NCBI GenBank assembly: GCA_964658305.1
Contig: OZ210885.1
Location: 310,001-374,000 of the forward strand
DNA: 64,000 bases
From: Leptogorgia sarmentosa
Lineage: Eukaryota
Reading direction: 5' to 3'
Shown here: positions 1-13,713 of the stretch, piece after piece
Position numbering within the stretch: position 1 is the stretch's first letter
Layout: every line of letters starts with the position of its first letter
The notes under the pieces: model-generated
The model's input: only the letters and a program-made list of their open reading frames with translations
Told to the model about the DNA's origin: nothing
Database searches by the model: none
Position numbers and translations under genes: made by a program

Positions 1-79
1 CAGTGAGTTTGATTGAAACAGACGCATCTGTACCAGCGCCACGTAGAGTACCAGTTTCCACTGTAATCTTGTACTTCAT
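1..79 (-). CDS. Lipoxygenase (PLAT/LH2 N-terminus), 11R-lipoxygenase-like; first coding exon, gene continues beyond the window start
   Basis: Reverse strand reads MKYKITVETGTLRGAGTDASVSIKLT(G), the PLAT-domain start motif Y-x-I-T-V-x-TG-x3-AGTDA-x-V-x-I-x-L-x-G. From memory it is almost identical to Gersemia fruticosa 11R-LOX. An in-frame upstream ATG is at 82. A pyrimidine-rich CAG acceptor at 104-106 implies a non-coding upstream exon. Confidence 0.85.
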   Translation of the reverse strand, partial: MKYKITVETGTLRGAGTDASVSIKLT

Positions 80-119
80 CATCACTTTTTATGGTTCAGA
101 GGACTGAAAAAACACCCAC

Positions 120-308
120 AGTTTTTTTTGCAACTTGCAACGCAATTCTGCTTTCAAGACATGTAATTAGTGAAAACAGTTTGATTTGCAAAGAATTCAC
201 TAGGAAAATCTGATAAGACTCGTACTTGCCAATTTCACATCTCTTAACAGTAGAATTGTGATGATGCAAGTTGCAAGAAAAATCGCATTAATTGTGTAAC
301 AGGGCCTT
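120..308. mobile_element. Truncated Harbinger-like MITE in lipoxygenase intron
   Basis: Inverted segments TTGCAACTTGCA...TGCAAGTTGCAAG; right end TGTAACAGGGCC-TTA; left terminus not recognisable. Confidence 0.5.
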
Positions 309-654
309 AAGAGGAATTTTTGCAAAACAAATTCCGAATATCATCATTAATTTTTGAATATCGGTTCAACTTTATTCCTGAAGCCGGTCATTTTCATACC
401 AATGAAGGAAGTAAATTTTATACAATAAAATTTAAATTAGGCTAACAAGCAAAAAACGTTTTACTTACTATCTAAGTACTGTACAGTGGATAACAATATT
501 GAAGTTGAATTATTAAACATTTCAAAACTATTTTCAACCATCGTACACTGATTGACGGTTCCATTTCGCGTTTGAAAATCTGTTTTTTGCCGAATTAAAG
601 CATGATTATGATTTCTTATTATATAATATTATATTTCTGAACGTCAGCGTTATA

Positions 655-1240
655 CAGGGTGTCTCAAAAAAAAGGTAATCCAACTTTGGCATGCCATTGT
701 GCGTTAATTACTGGGTGTACGAACGTGATTTTTGCATGGTCATAAAGATCAAGGTCTTAGCAGTTGAATGACATATTTCTTGTACGATATGGAAGAAAAT
801 CAGGCAAATGCGAGCGTATTGAAAAATCTCGGTGAAAAACGCATTCTTTCACCTCTGAGAATTGCAGCTAAACTTATTCAAAATTAACTCCCTCTGGGAC
901 TCGAAGATGACGACCTTCCCTTCAACAATCGACCTGAATATGCATAATTATTAATAATCCTGATAAAATCTTTGTTACCATGACACATACGTGATGAATT
1001 GCATTTTTCTTTTGTTATGCACTGCTTTAATTAGGCACAGAGGTGAAAGAATGCGTTTTTCACCGAGATTTTCCAACACGCTCGCATTTGCCTGATTTTC
1101 TTCCATATCGTACAAGAAATATGTCATTCAACTGCTAATACCTTGATCTTTATGACCATGCAAAAATCACGTTCGTACACCCAGTAATTAACGCACAATG
1201 GCATGCCAAAGTTCGATTACCTTTTTTTTGAGACACCCTG
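655..1240. mobile_element. Tc1/mariner-type MITE, 586 bp, ~200-bp terminal inverted repeats
   Basis: TA|CAGGGTGTCTCAAAAAAAAGGTAATC ... GATTACCTTTTTTTTGAGACACCCTG|TA. Arms 655-857 and 1038-1240 are nearly perfect; TA target duplication. Confidence 0.9.
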
Positions 1241-2571
1241 TAGTAATGTACAACATGAAAATTGCGTGTTCAGTTTTGGCCCCATGCATGCATGTATTGA
1301 TATCAGGAGATGCACGTCATTCACAAGCATTTTCACGTTGGCAGAATAGGCATGTGAAGCACTGATTATTAATTGCGGAAAGGCGTATTAGCATGCAAAA
1401 TAATCCACTGTTTGTTGTTGCGTTTTACACGTTTTTAGCGCTTGAGTTCAGAGATTAGGAGCCGCTTTGAAAGACCATCAAAGCAACCGCCATCTTTGAA
1501 AGATGTTTACACCATCATCAGCCCATCAAAGGGTTCATAAACAGTGGACATAGCTGATTAACCATTGCCATATTATATGCATCACACCACCGATCAGGGA
1601 TGGTTATAAATGCTTTTAATAGACAGCCGGTTCTTATAAGTCTGGCGTCAGCAAGATTAATAATTTTTGTGACGTCAAACGCGGATAAATACTAAATTCG
1701 CTAACGTTTTTTACGCTTCCATTTCGATTTGTTTTTATGAAAGAAAACCCCGAAAAAAGAAAAGATTCCGATAATTTGTTCATTTTTTCAAGCTCATAAG
1801 CAAGAAACGATGTTTTCATTCATATGTACGATAATATGTACAAGATATATTAGCTTTTTGCACTGTAAATGCGACAGGACAACAGAACATGGCTACATAT
1901 ACGACGAGAAGAACCAGTCACGTTTGGTTTGTTCTCGATTGCCAAGACTCGTCACGCCTTGAATGTAATATGAATTAATTTCTAAAGAAATCAGTCGGCA
2001 GAACGCCAAAATATGAATATGCACCCCCCCCCCCCCCCCCCCCCCCCCGCCAATTAACGTTCTAGCGACGGCCCTGCTTGTGTCATTATGTCCGAAATTT
2101 CTCACTTTTGTGCCGTTTATAAGTTGATCACCCATCATATTGTAATAATATCGTCACATCGTAACTGTTTCGCTCATATTCTTAACTAGTTCACACAATA
2201 TTGCATGACTAATCCCAGTATTGCATGACTAATCACAATATTGCAATACATGCATAATACAGATGGTATTTCCGACACGTAAGATATATATTGTTATATT
2301 TTGAATGACCATCTTCCCTAAAAAAAAGTTTTTCCATTTCTATATTGAAATATTTATTTCGTGCTGAAGCTGTGCTTCATGAGGCCAAACTTGATACATT
2401 TCTCTGGAGCACTGGTAATTGGTGTGTACTTATGACCATTATGACTGAGCGTCGACTAAATTAGCCACATTATTAATCACTGATCGATAACATTTGGTGC
2501 AATAATGCAATTATATGTAGTTGGTCCTTATTTTGCAAGAATTCGTTGGCCAATAAACGCTATATTCTGTG

Positions 2572-2911
2572 CACGGTGAGTCAGAAAAAGCTGACACCTT
2601 TGATTAACGACATAGCGGCTAAAATTTTACCAAAGTTGTCGGGATATCTCATGGGAGTATGAAGCATATCAAATAAGTGAATCACTAATTAAATAAGAAC
2701 TAACAACTGGAGTGAAAATCCATTCTAGACGTGCGAGAATTCAAAAGCTGTAGAAATTTTCATGGACCTCTGCGCTTTATTATTCAGTGGTGCGAGCGAG
2801 CCTCCATGTAAGTTCATCAACACGACATAATGGGTCTACTGCACTAATTCCGAAGCCTCGCGGCTAATTGGAATATGAAATGTGTTTTTCTGTCATTTCT
2901 GACTCACCCTG
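2572..2911. mobile_element. Degenerate Tc1/mariner-type MITE
   Basis: Termini CACGGTGAGTCAGAAA ... TTTCTGACTCACCCTG. Confidence 0.6.
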
Positions 2912-4214
2912 TGATTGTCCTCGTTTTCGAAAGAACAAGCTTTCTGTAATCTCGAGGCGATTTGTGTATGGGCAGTATGGCGCACGTCAATAGATAAAGC
3001 CTTGAGCCAACCAAAGGCCGGCTTCAGATTTCAGTACTTCAATTGAATTTACAAAATAATTTAATCTCTTGTATAAAGGCTTTGTAATTATAGTAAATGT
3101 TACTTTTCAAAACTTACCCAACCAAATTAGACGGAATGCGTTCAGGTCCTTTCAACTTGGTAACGTGTCGTAAATAAGATGCTTGCACAGTTTTGATTCT
3201 TATTTATAGGACCGACAATACTAAAAGTATTTTCCTCGTTTATATGTAAAATGCGTCCTGTAGAGTTTGGTCTTTGTTCAGCTTTGACTTGTTTACATAA
3301 AATATAACATAAAACGGACCGACACAGAACCACATTCTTTTCCTAATAACACCTCGACGTACTTCATTTCACATAATTATACCGTTTCCTCTAAATCATC
3401 TAAATTCCGAATTTTTTCAATGCTTGCAAGGCTTTAATAACTGTTTTTTATACACTCGTTGGATAGCATGTTGTTGGGGTTTGCATGGTGATTAAATTGA
3501 AATAAATATACATGAAATCTACTTGCATGTACAGGGTGTACCAGGGTGTAACTGACTAAAGTGAGTATTGAAAATGATGTATTGTCATCATTTCATTGGC
3601 CTGACACTAAGCTGGGCGTGCGCTTTACAAAGATATTTTAATTTGTGATATAATATTTTATTATTTACTCAATTTTGATTGGTTATTTTACCTGCGAATA
3701 ACTGCCTGCAAATATCACTTCAACTGCAAATAATTGGTGCAAGCAGTTTACTGAGCATGCGCATTTAGTTCAAAACTCGCTCAGCTGCAAATAATGGTTT
3801 GCTCATGCGCAGTTGACTTCATGGCCGTTTCCGGCGATCGAGTGGCTCTAAACGTTCAGATTCATTTCTGAGTGAAATGATGTCCGTAAAAGTATGTAAA
3901 CGTTCAATTCATCCAATATTCCTTGATGAAAAAAAATCCTGTTTAATGAAGACACACCGAATTTTGGAAGCAGGTAAAGTCCTGACTACGCACACGGTTC
4001 ATCGCTAGGATCAACGATGCACCATTGAAAACAATCATATATTTCTCTCTAACTAGTTACATCGAGCAAAATATTATTGACATCCAGGTGGTAATTACAA
4101 TTATTACTTGACACGGAAGCCTGTCTCATCTACTACTTAAAAATTAATGTGGTCTAAAATTAAGAACAAGTCAAATGTTGTGGTTCATACAAACAGGCGT
4201 TAAATACTCGTTAT

Positions 4215-4734
4215 TTATTTCAGTGGTCTTTCTCGTCGCACCTTACGCCTCAACTCGTCATACGTTTTACAACCTGTCACAGAAGTTACATCTTCAAGCC
4301 AATGCTTCTGTATCGTCGCCTTGACTTCGTCGGACAGACCACTCTTTGCCTCTGTTGATGATTGGCCTGTGCCGATAATGCTGAACTGCCACGACGAAGG
4401 ATTGGTGCCGGTAGTTGATCTTTCAATGCTAAACTTCTGCCAGTTTGATCTCATGGACTCAAACGTACTATTCTGCAAGGCCGCCCGGATATTTTTTTCT
4501 TCTTTTATGTTCAGAAAGTTGGCAAGAGCTGTAACTATCAGTGATATATCTTCCACCATTTCTTCATAAAACAACATCAGAACATTATGCTCATACCAGC
4601 TGAGGAGATGACGAAAGTATGACTCATCGTATGGCTGGTTAGGATTTTCTGGGACACCAAATTGCAGCCAGGCATCTTTCACGAATTCATCAGCAGACAT
4701 CGAGCCTTTCTCAAACAGAATGCCTTCCTGGAGC
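4215..4734 (-). pseudogene. Sulfotransferase (SULT family) terminal exon; no upstream exons found (orphan or pseudogene fragment)
   Basis: After a pyrimidine-rich CAG acceptor (4735-4737) the exon reads LQEGILFEKGSMSADEFVK..SYFRHLLSWYEHNVLMLFYEEMVED..LANFL..STFESMR..LSDEVKATI, typical of the SULT C-terminal half. The C-terminal RKG PAPS-binding motif is replaced by IGTG. No PSB-loop exon (PKxGTTW) was seen. Confidence 0.7.
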
Positions 4735-5494
4735 CTGTGAAAGACAAAAATATGAGAATTTAGTAGCGAAAATTTAGAAGATAATAGTGTCTATGTTTTG
4801 AAAATATCAATAATTCTAATCTAATGAGTTCTAATTAGTTAATCTAATTCTAATCTAATGAGTTCACAGCCTCAATAGGTCCCAGTCCCTTAGGCGCCGT
4901 GCACCACCTCAAAAAGTGGTTGATCGGCCTGTATAATACTACTAACATTCAAATGTAAAATAACCGTTTAAGTTCAAGGTATTCTGTGGAAAAACCCCAA
5001 TGCTCGTACTCCTATGTATTCATGTCCATAAGTTGATCGTAGACAACGGCATTTTTCACACAAATTACAAATTGATCTTACTTATGTTAGTTATGTAATA
5101 TTAAATTATTGAGTCTATGTATAGTATAATGAAATAGTTGTAATAAATGATAGTAGATGGTATTTAACTCGTTGAGTTGTTACAATTTAGCTACTTTATA
5201 GTTAGCTATAATTATAAAATCATTAGCTTTGAACTTTGATATCTTTTACTCGTGTGAGCAAATATATTTATCTGCATGTTTGCTGTATAACTACATAAAT
5301 ATATATCAGCAATAAAAATAATTAAATAAATGAAACGAACGGAAAGGACAACAAATACGTTCCATATAACGTTCCAATACTTAATATAGAATCACCAATA
5401 TAAACAATCTTCCATTAAATGTATTTTCATCGAAAATGTTGTTAAACTATTCATTATAGGCAGTGAAACACAAAGATAAATGACCGTGCTATTA

Positions 5495-5746
5495 CAGGCT
5501 GTCCCAAAAAATGTCCCCACTATTGAAATCATACATTTTATTATAACGTGCGTTGTGATACCTTTGGGAATTGAATTGACTTGTACATGAAAAGCGGAAT
5601 AGTTATGACTTCTCGGTCGAAAAATCATAATTCAGTATTCCGCCATTCTTGTACAAGTCAATTCTATTCCCGAAGGTATCACAACGAACGTTCAAAACAA
5701 AATGTCTGATTTCAATAGAGGGGACAATTTTTTGGGGGACACCCTG
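5495..5746. mobile_element. Palindromic Tc1/mariner-type MITE
   Basis: TA|CAGGCTGTCCCAAAAAATGTCCCC ... GGGGACAATTTTTTGGGGGACACCCTG; the interior is also self-complementary. Confidence 0.8.
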
Positions 5747-5881
5747 TGATACGATGAATCGTTGGTAAACCATTATTCTGATTATAATAACCTAATGATA
5801 TATTCAACCAAATTATACTGTATATACTGAGCATAGAAGTGCAGAACAGCCTATGATATTTTTCAAAAGTTTCAAAGCATT

Positions 5882-8800
5882 TCATGACGCATCACGATGT
5901 AGTGTTTCTGATCCGTTGTCATTTGTCACGACCACAGACCAAGGACTTGGAATTCTTCCACACTGCAAAAGAAAATACTCAGGTGTATGAAAAACAACAA
6001 AGTTAAAACTTTATTTCATAAGGATGAATACATAACATTAATGGTTATGGCGATTGTCACTCAATTTATCTCACAACCAGTGTATTTGTTAGGCATAACC
6101 ATGATTGGAACCATAGAAATGGGCATAACTAATCTAATGACAAGGCAACAATGGCAGAACAGAAATATAATAAAAATAATTTACCAAGAAAACTACAGTT
6201 TTGTAAATGCAGTAAAAATTTGCATTCTTGACCGATGCAACAACCCTTGGTCGGAAATTAATGCATTTCATTGGGCGACTGTGAAAAATTCGTTACATTA
6301 ACAGATTCAAAAACAGAAGAAATTTAATAACCTCACCTGGATTCCTGTGAGTTCTTCATAAATTTTCTTTGCTATTCTCGGTCCATTCTCCATAGTTGGT
6401 ACCTTAAGAACCTTGGGGAAAAGAAACAAGTTTCAAGAGTTTCAAAACGGCGCCTGTATTGTATAAGCCGTTAACTTGATTTTCACTCGCTTAAAATCTG
6501 TCTCTCTTATTCGTGAAACTGTACATTGATTTTCGGACAAAATTTCAGCTGATGTTCTTCACAAATAGCGAAGCTAGGGATAGCCCAATAAAAAAACATT
6601 TTGACAGACTTTTCCGTCATCAACAATGATCTTTTTCCAATTTCCACGTCGAGTGTTCACGTCGAATGTTCTAGATTTTCTTCATGAATAGCACAAAAAA
6701 TATAAATGACTGCACCAATTAAAAAAAAAAACTTTCAAAAGGTGATTACCAAGTTTCAGCAAGTTTCATTAAGGAAAATCAAAGATAAAAGTGAGCAAAT
6801 AGATTTCTTTTCGGTATAACTAGTCCCAGGCTTTTTATACTCACGGTCAGATCAGCTAGTATTGTAAACAAGAATGGTTAGAAAGCACGATGCATTATAT
6901 AAAATACCTCATTTTCATATAATATGTCTTTGACAGGACAGATAACACAAGCTGTACCAGCACCGAACACTTCTTTAACCTATTAAGAAAACAAGTAGAA
7001 ACATATATCTATATATTCAGCAAATAGTTCAGTATTGTTTACACAGAATTCAGACTCATGTATTATTCACAACTATATGAACAACGTAGGCAGTGCATCA
7101 CTGCTAATCGAGAGCAAGTAATTTTACTTTTTGCTGTGCGGCGAACAAACTGCAACGTGTAAACACAGACACTCACACGTTGTTCTTTAAGTCCTTTAAT
7201 CAAATCATCCATCGTGTAGCGTCTTTCAGAAACTTTAAATTCACCCTAAAACATTATTAACACTGTAAATAGTGATATGTTTTTGCACATAACCGAACTG
7301 CAAACGTGGCCAGGAAATTCAAACGTGTAGGTGAACGATGCAAAAGATTCGACGTTTGGAAAGACGACGGGATGGTGTTATGGTTTTCCAAATGTTTCCT
7401 TTCCAAAGCAAAAGTCAAGAAAATACAAAAATCTTTCAATCTGAAATACTAACCCACTGTTTAGTCATTTCAAGTGTGGACAATCTCGTGATTCCTGGTA
7501 ATATAAGACCATCTAAAGGAGGTGTAATCAGCTCTTCCTCTACAAAAAAGAAAGTTGTAAAGATAACACACGCGAAAATAAAGTTTCATATTCAAGACGA
7601 AATGTTTGATTTCCTAAATGGTGAATTTTTTAATGTGTAATGTAAATTTTTTACCCTCGTGAAGTTATTACTGGGACTTTTTACTGCTGGTTTATTGATG
7701 TGGTATTTGCTTGTAGATATTTGTTTCTGTACATTTCGTGCAATAAGATTAAGTCTACTAGACACTTAATTATGAGATATTGATGAGCAAGTACAGACAT
7801 CGACAAAAAACCTTACATACTGTTGAGGTTTAGGATAGGTTTCGAAAAAGTTTCCATAGAGTAGGGTGAGGTTTCGCTCAATATTTTGTTTTGGTCTTTA
7901 AAAATTCTAAGGCCTGTTCAAACAAAGCTAACATCTTGCAACATTGTTGGATGAAATTTTAAAGCAAACTTAAACAGTAAGTTTGCTGAGTGTACCGTTA
8001 AAATCATGCCTTCGCGAGTTCATGCTTAATACTGTAGGAGAGTTTTCCTATTGTAATGGCAAGTGCTAACCTCCATTCTCATTTTCCAGGAAAACGAAAA
8101 TGTTCATTGTACCAACTTCAGTAATCTAGAAAAGTCAAAACAACTTCCTGAAACAATCAAAGGAGGTATACCCTTGCAACTGGAGTCCACGAAATAGTCC
8201 CTGGGTGTGTGTGTGGGGGGGGGGGGGCACTAATTTCAGACACTTAGACATTTTAGGGGGAACTAATATTAGGAATATACAGTCTGCCGTGTAAAACAAT
8301 TATAAAGACGTCGTCCTAGGGGCCTGTTCAAAACAATGCTAACATCGTATTGCACGACATTTCAATAATTCTACTGTATTCTACCTGTTTATCTTCACCA
8401 TAGAGCCACAGAACTTGTTCACAATTTCTTTTTCTTGCCTCAGCCTGAGCGAGCAAAGTTGGACCATAGTTTCTGAAACATAAAACAACAGTCCTTGAGA
8501 GAAATTTAAAGCACATGTTGTAATTTCCTGTACAACAAATAAACGTGAAGTTACAGGCTTGAAAAATTTAACGACGGGCTAAGCTACATACGTTATACGG
8601 ATGAAAATGAAATCTAACGCTCTACACACTACCTAAATCACACAATAGTCCATGTTTTGAGCCAAAGCCCTTTTTCTTGGGGCTACATGGGGCCGAAGAA
8701 AAGCGCGAGAGTTTTAATACAGGCGAATACAAATCCCTACCCATCGGATATCAATTTTTTTTCAAGCTTTCTAAAACAACCCGTTGATTGATCTGATTTA

Positions 8801-11800
8801 GATTAAACTTTGATGTTTCAAATTGAACTTTCTTTTTATGAATAGGCCACATCTGCAATTTTATGGCTTTTTGGACATTTTTGGACGCGCTGTGGGTAAA
8901 GTTATCCAACTTTCGAACAGCCGGCCCCAGGAAATTTTGCATTCATAGTATCACAGATTATCAGTTTTAGTCAACGTTTTCCTGCCCATTTTAGTGTTTA
9001 TGACGAGACGTACCCTCCAGCCTTACTATCTCCACATCCGCCGTACCACGATCTTACAAATTTTGGGTCCGCCATTAACGAGACCGGATTAAATGATCCA
9101 GTTTTAAAATATGGTCCAACTGGAGATAAGATAACATACAACAACGCTTCGTTTGCCTCACTCACACCTAGCGTGGGCTGTAAAATATACAAAGAAAAGC
9201 ATTTGAAGTTTGAACACAAGTTTTGTAGGGAAGATATTGTAGCCATTTGAATATTAGAAAGTGACATTTTCATACAGTATATCCATTTTTTTTAATGCGG
9301 CCTGGCAAAAAAGCAAAAAAACTACGCATGCTACGTAAGTTTATTAAATTTAGTCGTCAACAGGTCGTCATCCAATCAGATGCACGCATCAAGTAACTTG
9401 CCGAGCATGGGGAAAAAAGTGGGTACAACAGTTCGACCTCTGTATGTAATTACTCTGTGACCTTATGTATGATGACGTTTTGCTGTGTTGACTACACTAC
9501 CAGGATGCTTTGCGAGTATTGTTAGCTGTTTTCGCAAAGCATGCTGGTAGTAGTAATCACGCAGCGCAACAGAACGTCATTATGCATAAGGTCTATTATT
9601 TTGCAACCAAATTACGGCGGGTTCAAGGTGTCCCCACCGACTTGAGAAAGTAGAAATTTTCTTTTTGAGGTGAAACTCTCTGTTTTGCTTAAACAAAAAT
9701 TTTATTTTTTTCTGCAGGAAACCTAGGAAACGTATTTTGAACGTCTATATGAGCCCGTGATGTGAGCCAAAAATAAAACTTCATGTCACAAAATGTGAAC
9801 CGTCCGTAACACAAGGCCTGGTTACATGTTTTAAGAAATGCTAATTAGATTGTATGTAGCTAGGAAATCATTAACTTACACCAGTTCCAATAATGGTGGG
9901 TCGAACATATAATGAACAGCTTTCTTCTTTAGGAACCCACTCTTTTTCAATGTTTACCAATTCCATTAAACATTTCAAAAACTCATCGCCATTAAAGTTC
10001 TGTAAAAAGAACAGATTGAAAAGAAAAAATTCAATTAAAATCAACTCGGTTGCCTTGCGACAATCACGGTGACGACATCACCACCCAATCACATTCAAGT
10101 TCGTGTTTTGCTTGTGTTCGAAGGAAAAAAAATCGCCAAATGCAAAACGGGCTTAAATAGATTTGTGAAACACAGACCGTCATGACATGTGAGATGTACA
10201 TAAAAAATACATAATAAATACATTGTTTTCATTCTCAGCTCAAACTTTTTTCGTTTTTCGTCGTTTTTCAACACTCGATCGCCTTTCGCGCTCCCGGCAT
10301 ACACTTTCGTTCTCATTTGCGTTCCAATTCCCCGATTGCCTTAAAGATAACCCTCGCAGCCGTGCTTTATCAGATCTAAAACTCTCATCTGTCACATCAA
10401 CCTTATTGATAAAGCACTCCCAGCGGCTGGACACTCAGTAAACATTCAGTTCATTCCCGTTGTTTCAAACAACAACTAAATGATGTCTAATGTTGTCAAA
10501 CGTTGTCAAAAAACAACTAAATGAATGACTTGGATTTTTCCGTCATTTATTTAGTTGTTTTTAAATTTATCGACATTACATTTATAGATACACCACTTGG
10601 TCTGGCCAGAAATAGTCAATACGTACTGGTAAACACAATCTTTCTGCAGTTCTTTGAAGTCTTTTAATATTTTCCATTGGTCTAAACAATCTTATACTTC
10701 CATCAGATGAATTATAATACGCTTTCAAACCTTCAAAACCCTGAAAAAAATATTGAACTTAAAAATAGATACACCATATTGAGTGTAATAGCCACCACTT
10801 AATTTAAGATTTCCCCCGTATAATAAGAAATTGGGTGAAGGGATTTGTCGTTTATTTTAAATGTCTCATTATTATTGTGCTCATAAGATCTTCTGGAAGT
10901 TGGGGAAATTTAGAACTTGCTATCATGCTGTTAAGGACTGGAACTCATTAACTACTGATATTAGAAACTCAACAAACGTAACTTTTATGGATTTTTAATG
11001 AAATAATTTTTAATATGCGTGTAGTTTTTAGATTTCGCACCTTAACTGTAGCACTTTATTTACTGTATTAGGTTAATGTAGTTTAATTGTATTATGTCAG
11101 GTCCTTTTTGAAAATCATTGTAAAATGAAAACGTTTCCTGATTAAATATTAATTAATACTACTACACCGAGATTGAGCAGGTTAGCCATTAATAGTTCTT
11201 CGTTTTGATCTTGAACATATAGTGAGACATAGCAAGTAATTACCTCCACTGCATAATGTAGAACTTTGGCTGCAGGACTTAATGAAATATTTCCATAAGG
11301 TTTGATTTCTGGATCTTCCCAGCCATTACGTAATGACCACTGTATTGTTAACATGTGATCTGTAAAAGCTGAACCAAACTCAATGTTGCCAATATCTGTT
11401 GGTTTGTCTTTTAGTGTTGAACATCTCATTACCTTTAGATTATCATACTGGACAGAAAAGAAATTTGATTTTTTTGATTTCGTACACTTGCTTCTTTCTT
11501 TTTTTAATGCAAGGTGCAGGATCAGAATCACAGTTTATATCATTCATATGTACATCTTTTTTTCAAAATTATTGTGGATTGCTTCCAATTCACAGGAAAC
11601 GAGATTTCATTCAAATATATATTTAAGAAATAGATAACGAGTCGCGTGCCATTATGCTGTTATAATGCACGAGGGAAATGTTGGGAGAATACGAGAGAAT
11701 CGCGTAAAACACGAGGCGTAGCCGAGTGTTTTACGCGATTCTCGAGTATTCTCACAACATTGCCCGAGTGCAATTATAACAGCATAATGGCACGCGACGA

Positions 11801-13594
11801 GTTTTTCTATTTCTTTTATAATATAAGAGAATATTAGCGCAACAAATAACTTCGTTAGGAAGATCAAAATTACAATTCTCTTTACATGTAATCAAGCGTG
11901 TTCTCAAATGTTGCCAAGCAGCAACACAGCTTTATTCCTTTAGCTGAGCGAAAGCAAACAATTCAAGCGTTTTTTATGGATGTATTTTTAGTATATATGT
12001 ATTTTTATTGTCTTTTTGTCAAACCAAAGAGTCGCGGGAGAAATTTAATAGCTAGATGCGTGCATTACGCTGTTATAATGCACGCTCACTAGCCAATCAC
12101 ATTGCAGATTTTACCCTACTTATATTATAAGACTGTATATAGTTCCTAATAATCCATCACATACAGTAGGTCAGTGTGGGGAGCGGATAACAACACCTAA
12201 ATTTCACTCTCTACCTAAACAAAATGCTTCAAGATTGAGGTCGCAGTTACACAATACCGAAAAGGTACAAGTTTCACCCCTGATCTGAGCCTTGATGTTC
12301 AACCTAGCAGGGAAGTCATTGTATTTTCCACAGGACATACACAATGTAATGTATCACAACTACTGTACTGTATCTACAGTATATAGCCGACGTCTATTTG
12401 TTTATCCACACTTTACCTTTACATCAGGCACAGATGACATACATCTTACAAGAGTTTTCTACAAAAAAAGTTTATGCTGAAATTAGTAAATGTCTTCCAA
12501 ATTATACTCACATTTTTGTAATACAAGTAGCCAATATATATGGACTCATAATAAGAACTACCGTTCTGTACAAATGCATTTATAACAATATAATGATCAG
12601 TGAAATCATATTTCAAAGTATTTTTCTAATTCAGATCAAAACTAACTACATATACAACATTTATAGAAAGATGTTGCTCTGTACCAGATGCTGTATGTCT
12701 CAACAAGTGGTGAAAATTCTGCTGATATTTACATGAATTAGCAAACTTAAGGCCAATGTTGGTAGAAAATTAGTGTCATACAAAGGGTGCTCAAAGCCGA
12801 TGCTAAAACATTGAATCTGTTTGTGTTGTTTATGTAGCCAATAGAACTTTAGAGCTCTGCTTGTTGATGATGTTGATCTGCTACCTACGCTGGCCACATA
12901 TTGGAGTTAATGTTAATCACTGTTATAATCACTGTTAGTAATGATATGACCCTAACCTGGCCAACATGAATAAATAAACAGCCTCTTAATATATCTGTAG
13001 AATATTGAGATTAAAAGGCAACAGTCTTAAAGTTGTCTGGTGTAATACAAAATGAAAAAAATAATCTGACAGACATTCAACCCATAAATCATAAATGGAC
13101 AAAAATCTACCCTTTATTATTTGAAGGTCTGGATTTATACAGATCAAATAAGACAACAACAAAAGATCAAGTATTAACCAAAACATCAAAAATTTGCTGC
13201 TAGCTACAAACATCTACTAGTACATCTACTCTTATTCTATACTGAAAGCACACGTGCGCAGTATAATGTACAAGTTTTCCATTTGTTTACAATGAAAACA
13301 CAAATGTTGCTCAATTCATGTCGCGTTTTAAACATTTCATATAAAGATTTTATCTATGATGTTACGCCATGAAAAACTAAAAAATGATATAAAAAGTAAC
13401 AATATACAACGGGATATTGATAAACACGTTTTTAACAATTTAAATTTTGGCGATTATTTCAAACGGCGTTTATTTAACAATAAAGGATTAAATTACAATA
13501 TTGAACAAGAACTTACCGAAGTTGTATAAACATAATACTTGGGGAGAAGAGATTTTAAACTCAATCTTGACACAGATCGTAAAGAGAGAGCCAT
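5882..13594 (-). CDS. BCAT2: Branched-chain amino acid aminotransferase, mitochondrial-type (~415 aa, 13 exons)
   Basis: Exons 13594-13517, 12458-12417, 11447-11244, 10740-10627, 9999-9880, 9177-9014, 8472-8385, 8125-8071, 7539-7454, 7245-7177, 6979-6908, 6411-6337, 5962-5882; all GT-AG and phase-compatible. Motifs [28 protein letters not shown]-lysine [21 protein letters not shown] and [11 protein letters not shown] (CXXC). N-terminus [17 protein letters not shown] resembles a mitochondrial presequence. BCAT1/BCAT2 is a vertebrate split, so the symbol reflects predicted targeting only. Confidence 0.93.
9459..9593. mobile_element. Short palindromic MITE (GACCTTATG...CATAAGGTC); a related copy lies near 44527-44660
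   Basis: Near end-to-end inverted symmetry; the same family recurs in the window. Confidence 0.7.
11616..12132. mobile_element. Non-autonomous Crypton-like element
   Basis: Large hairpin centred on CGAGGCGTAGCCGAG at one end; AGCCAATCA plus a short repeat (CTTATATTATAAGA) at the other end, inverted relative to an internal copy. Confidence 0.6.
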
Positions 13595-13713
13595 AATTTT
13601 GAGTGAAATACAAAATATTTGGGTGATGCAATAATATTATTGCGACGATTGTCGTTGAAATTCTTTTACGGTTCAGCAATGATTCATCAGAGAGAATAAT
13701 TAGGAATGCTGCG

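Noticed and set aside
2023..2048. Poly-C/poly-G tract giving a polyglycine ORF
   Set aside because: Homopolymer inside a CAGGG-type MITE end; not coding.
12700..12897. [21 protein letters not shown] as BCAT first exon
   Set aside because: GTG start, and the sequence (AATATGTGGCCAGCGTAG) recurs near 47640 as a dispersed repeat; better exons exist at 13594-13517 and 12458-12417.
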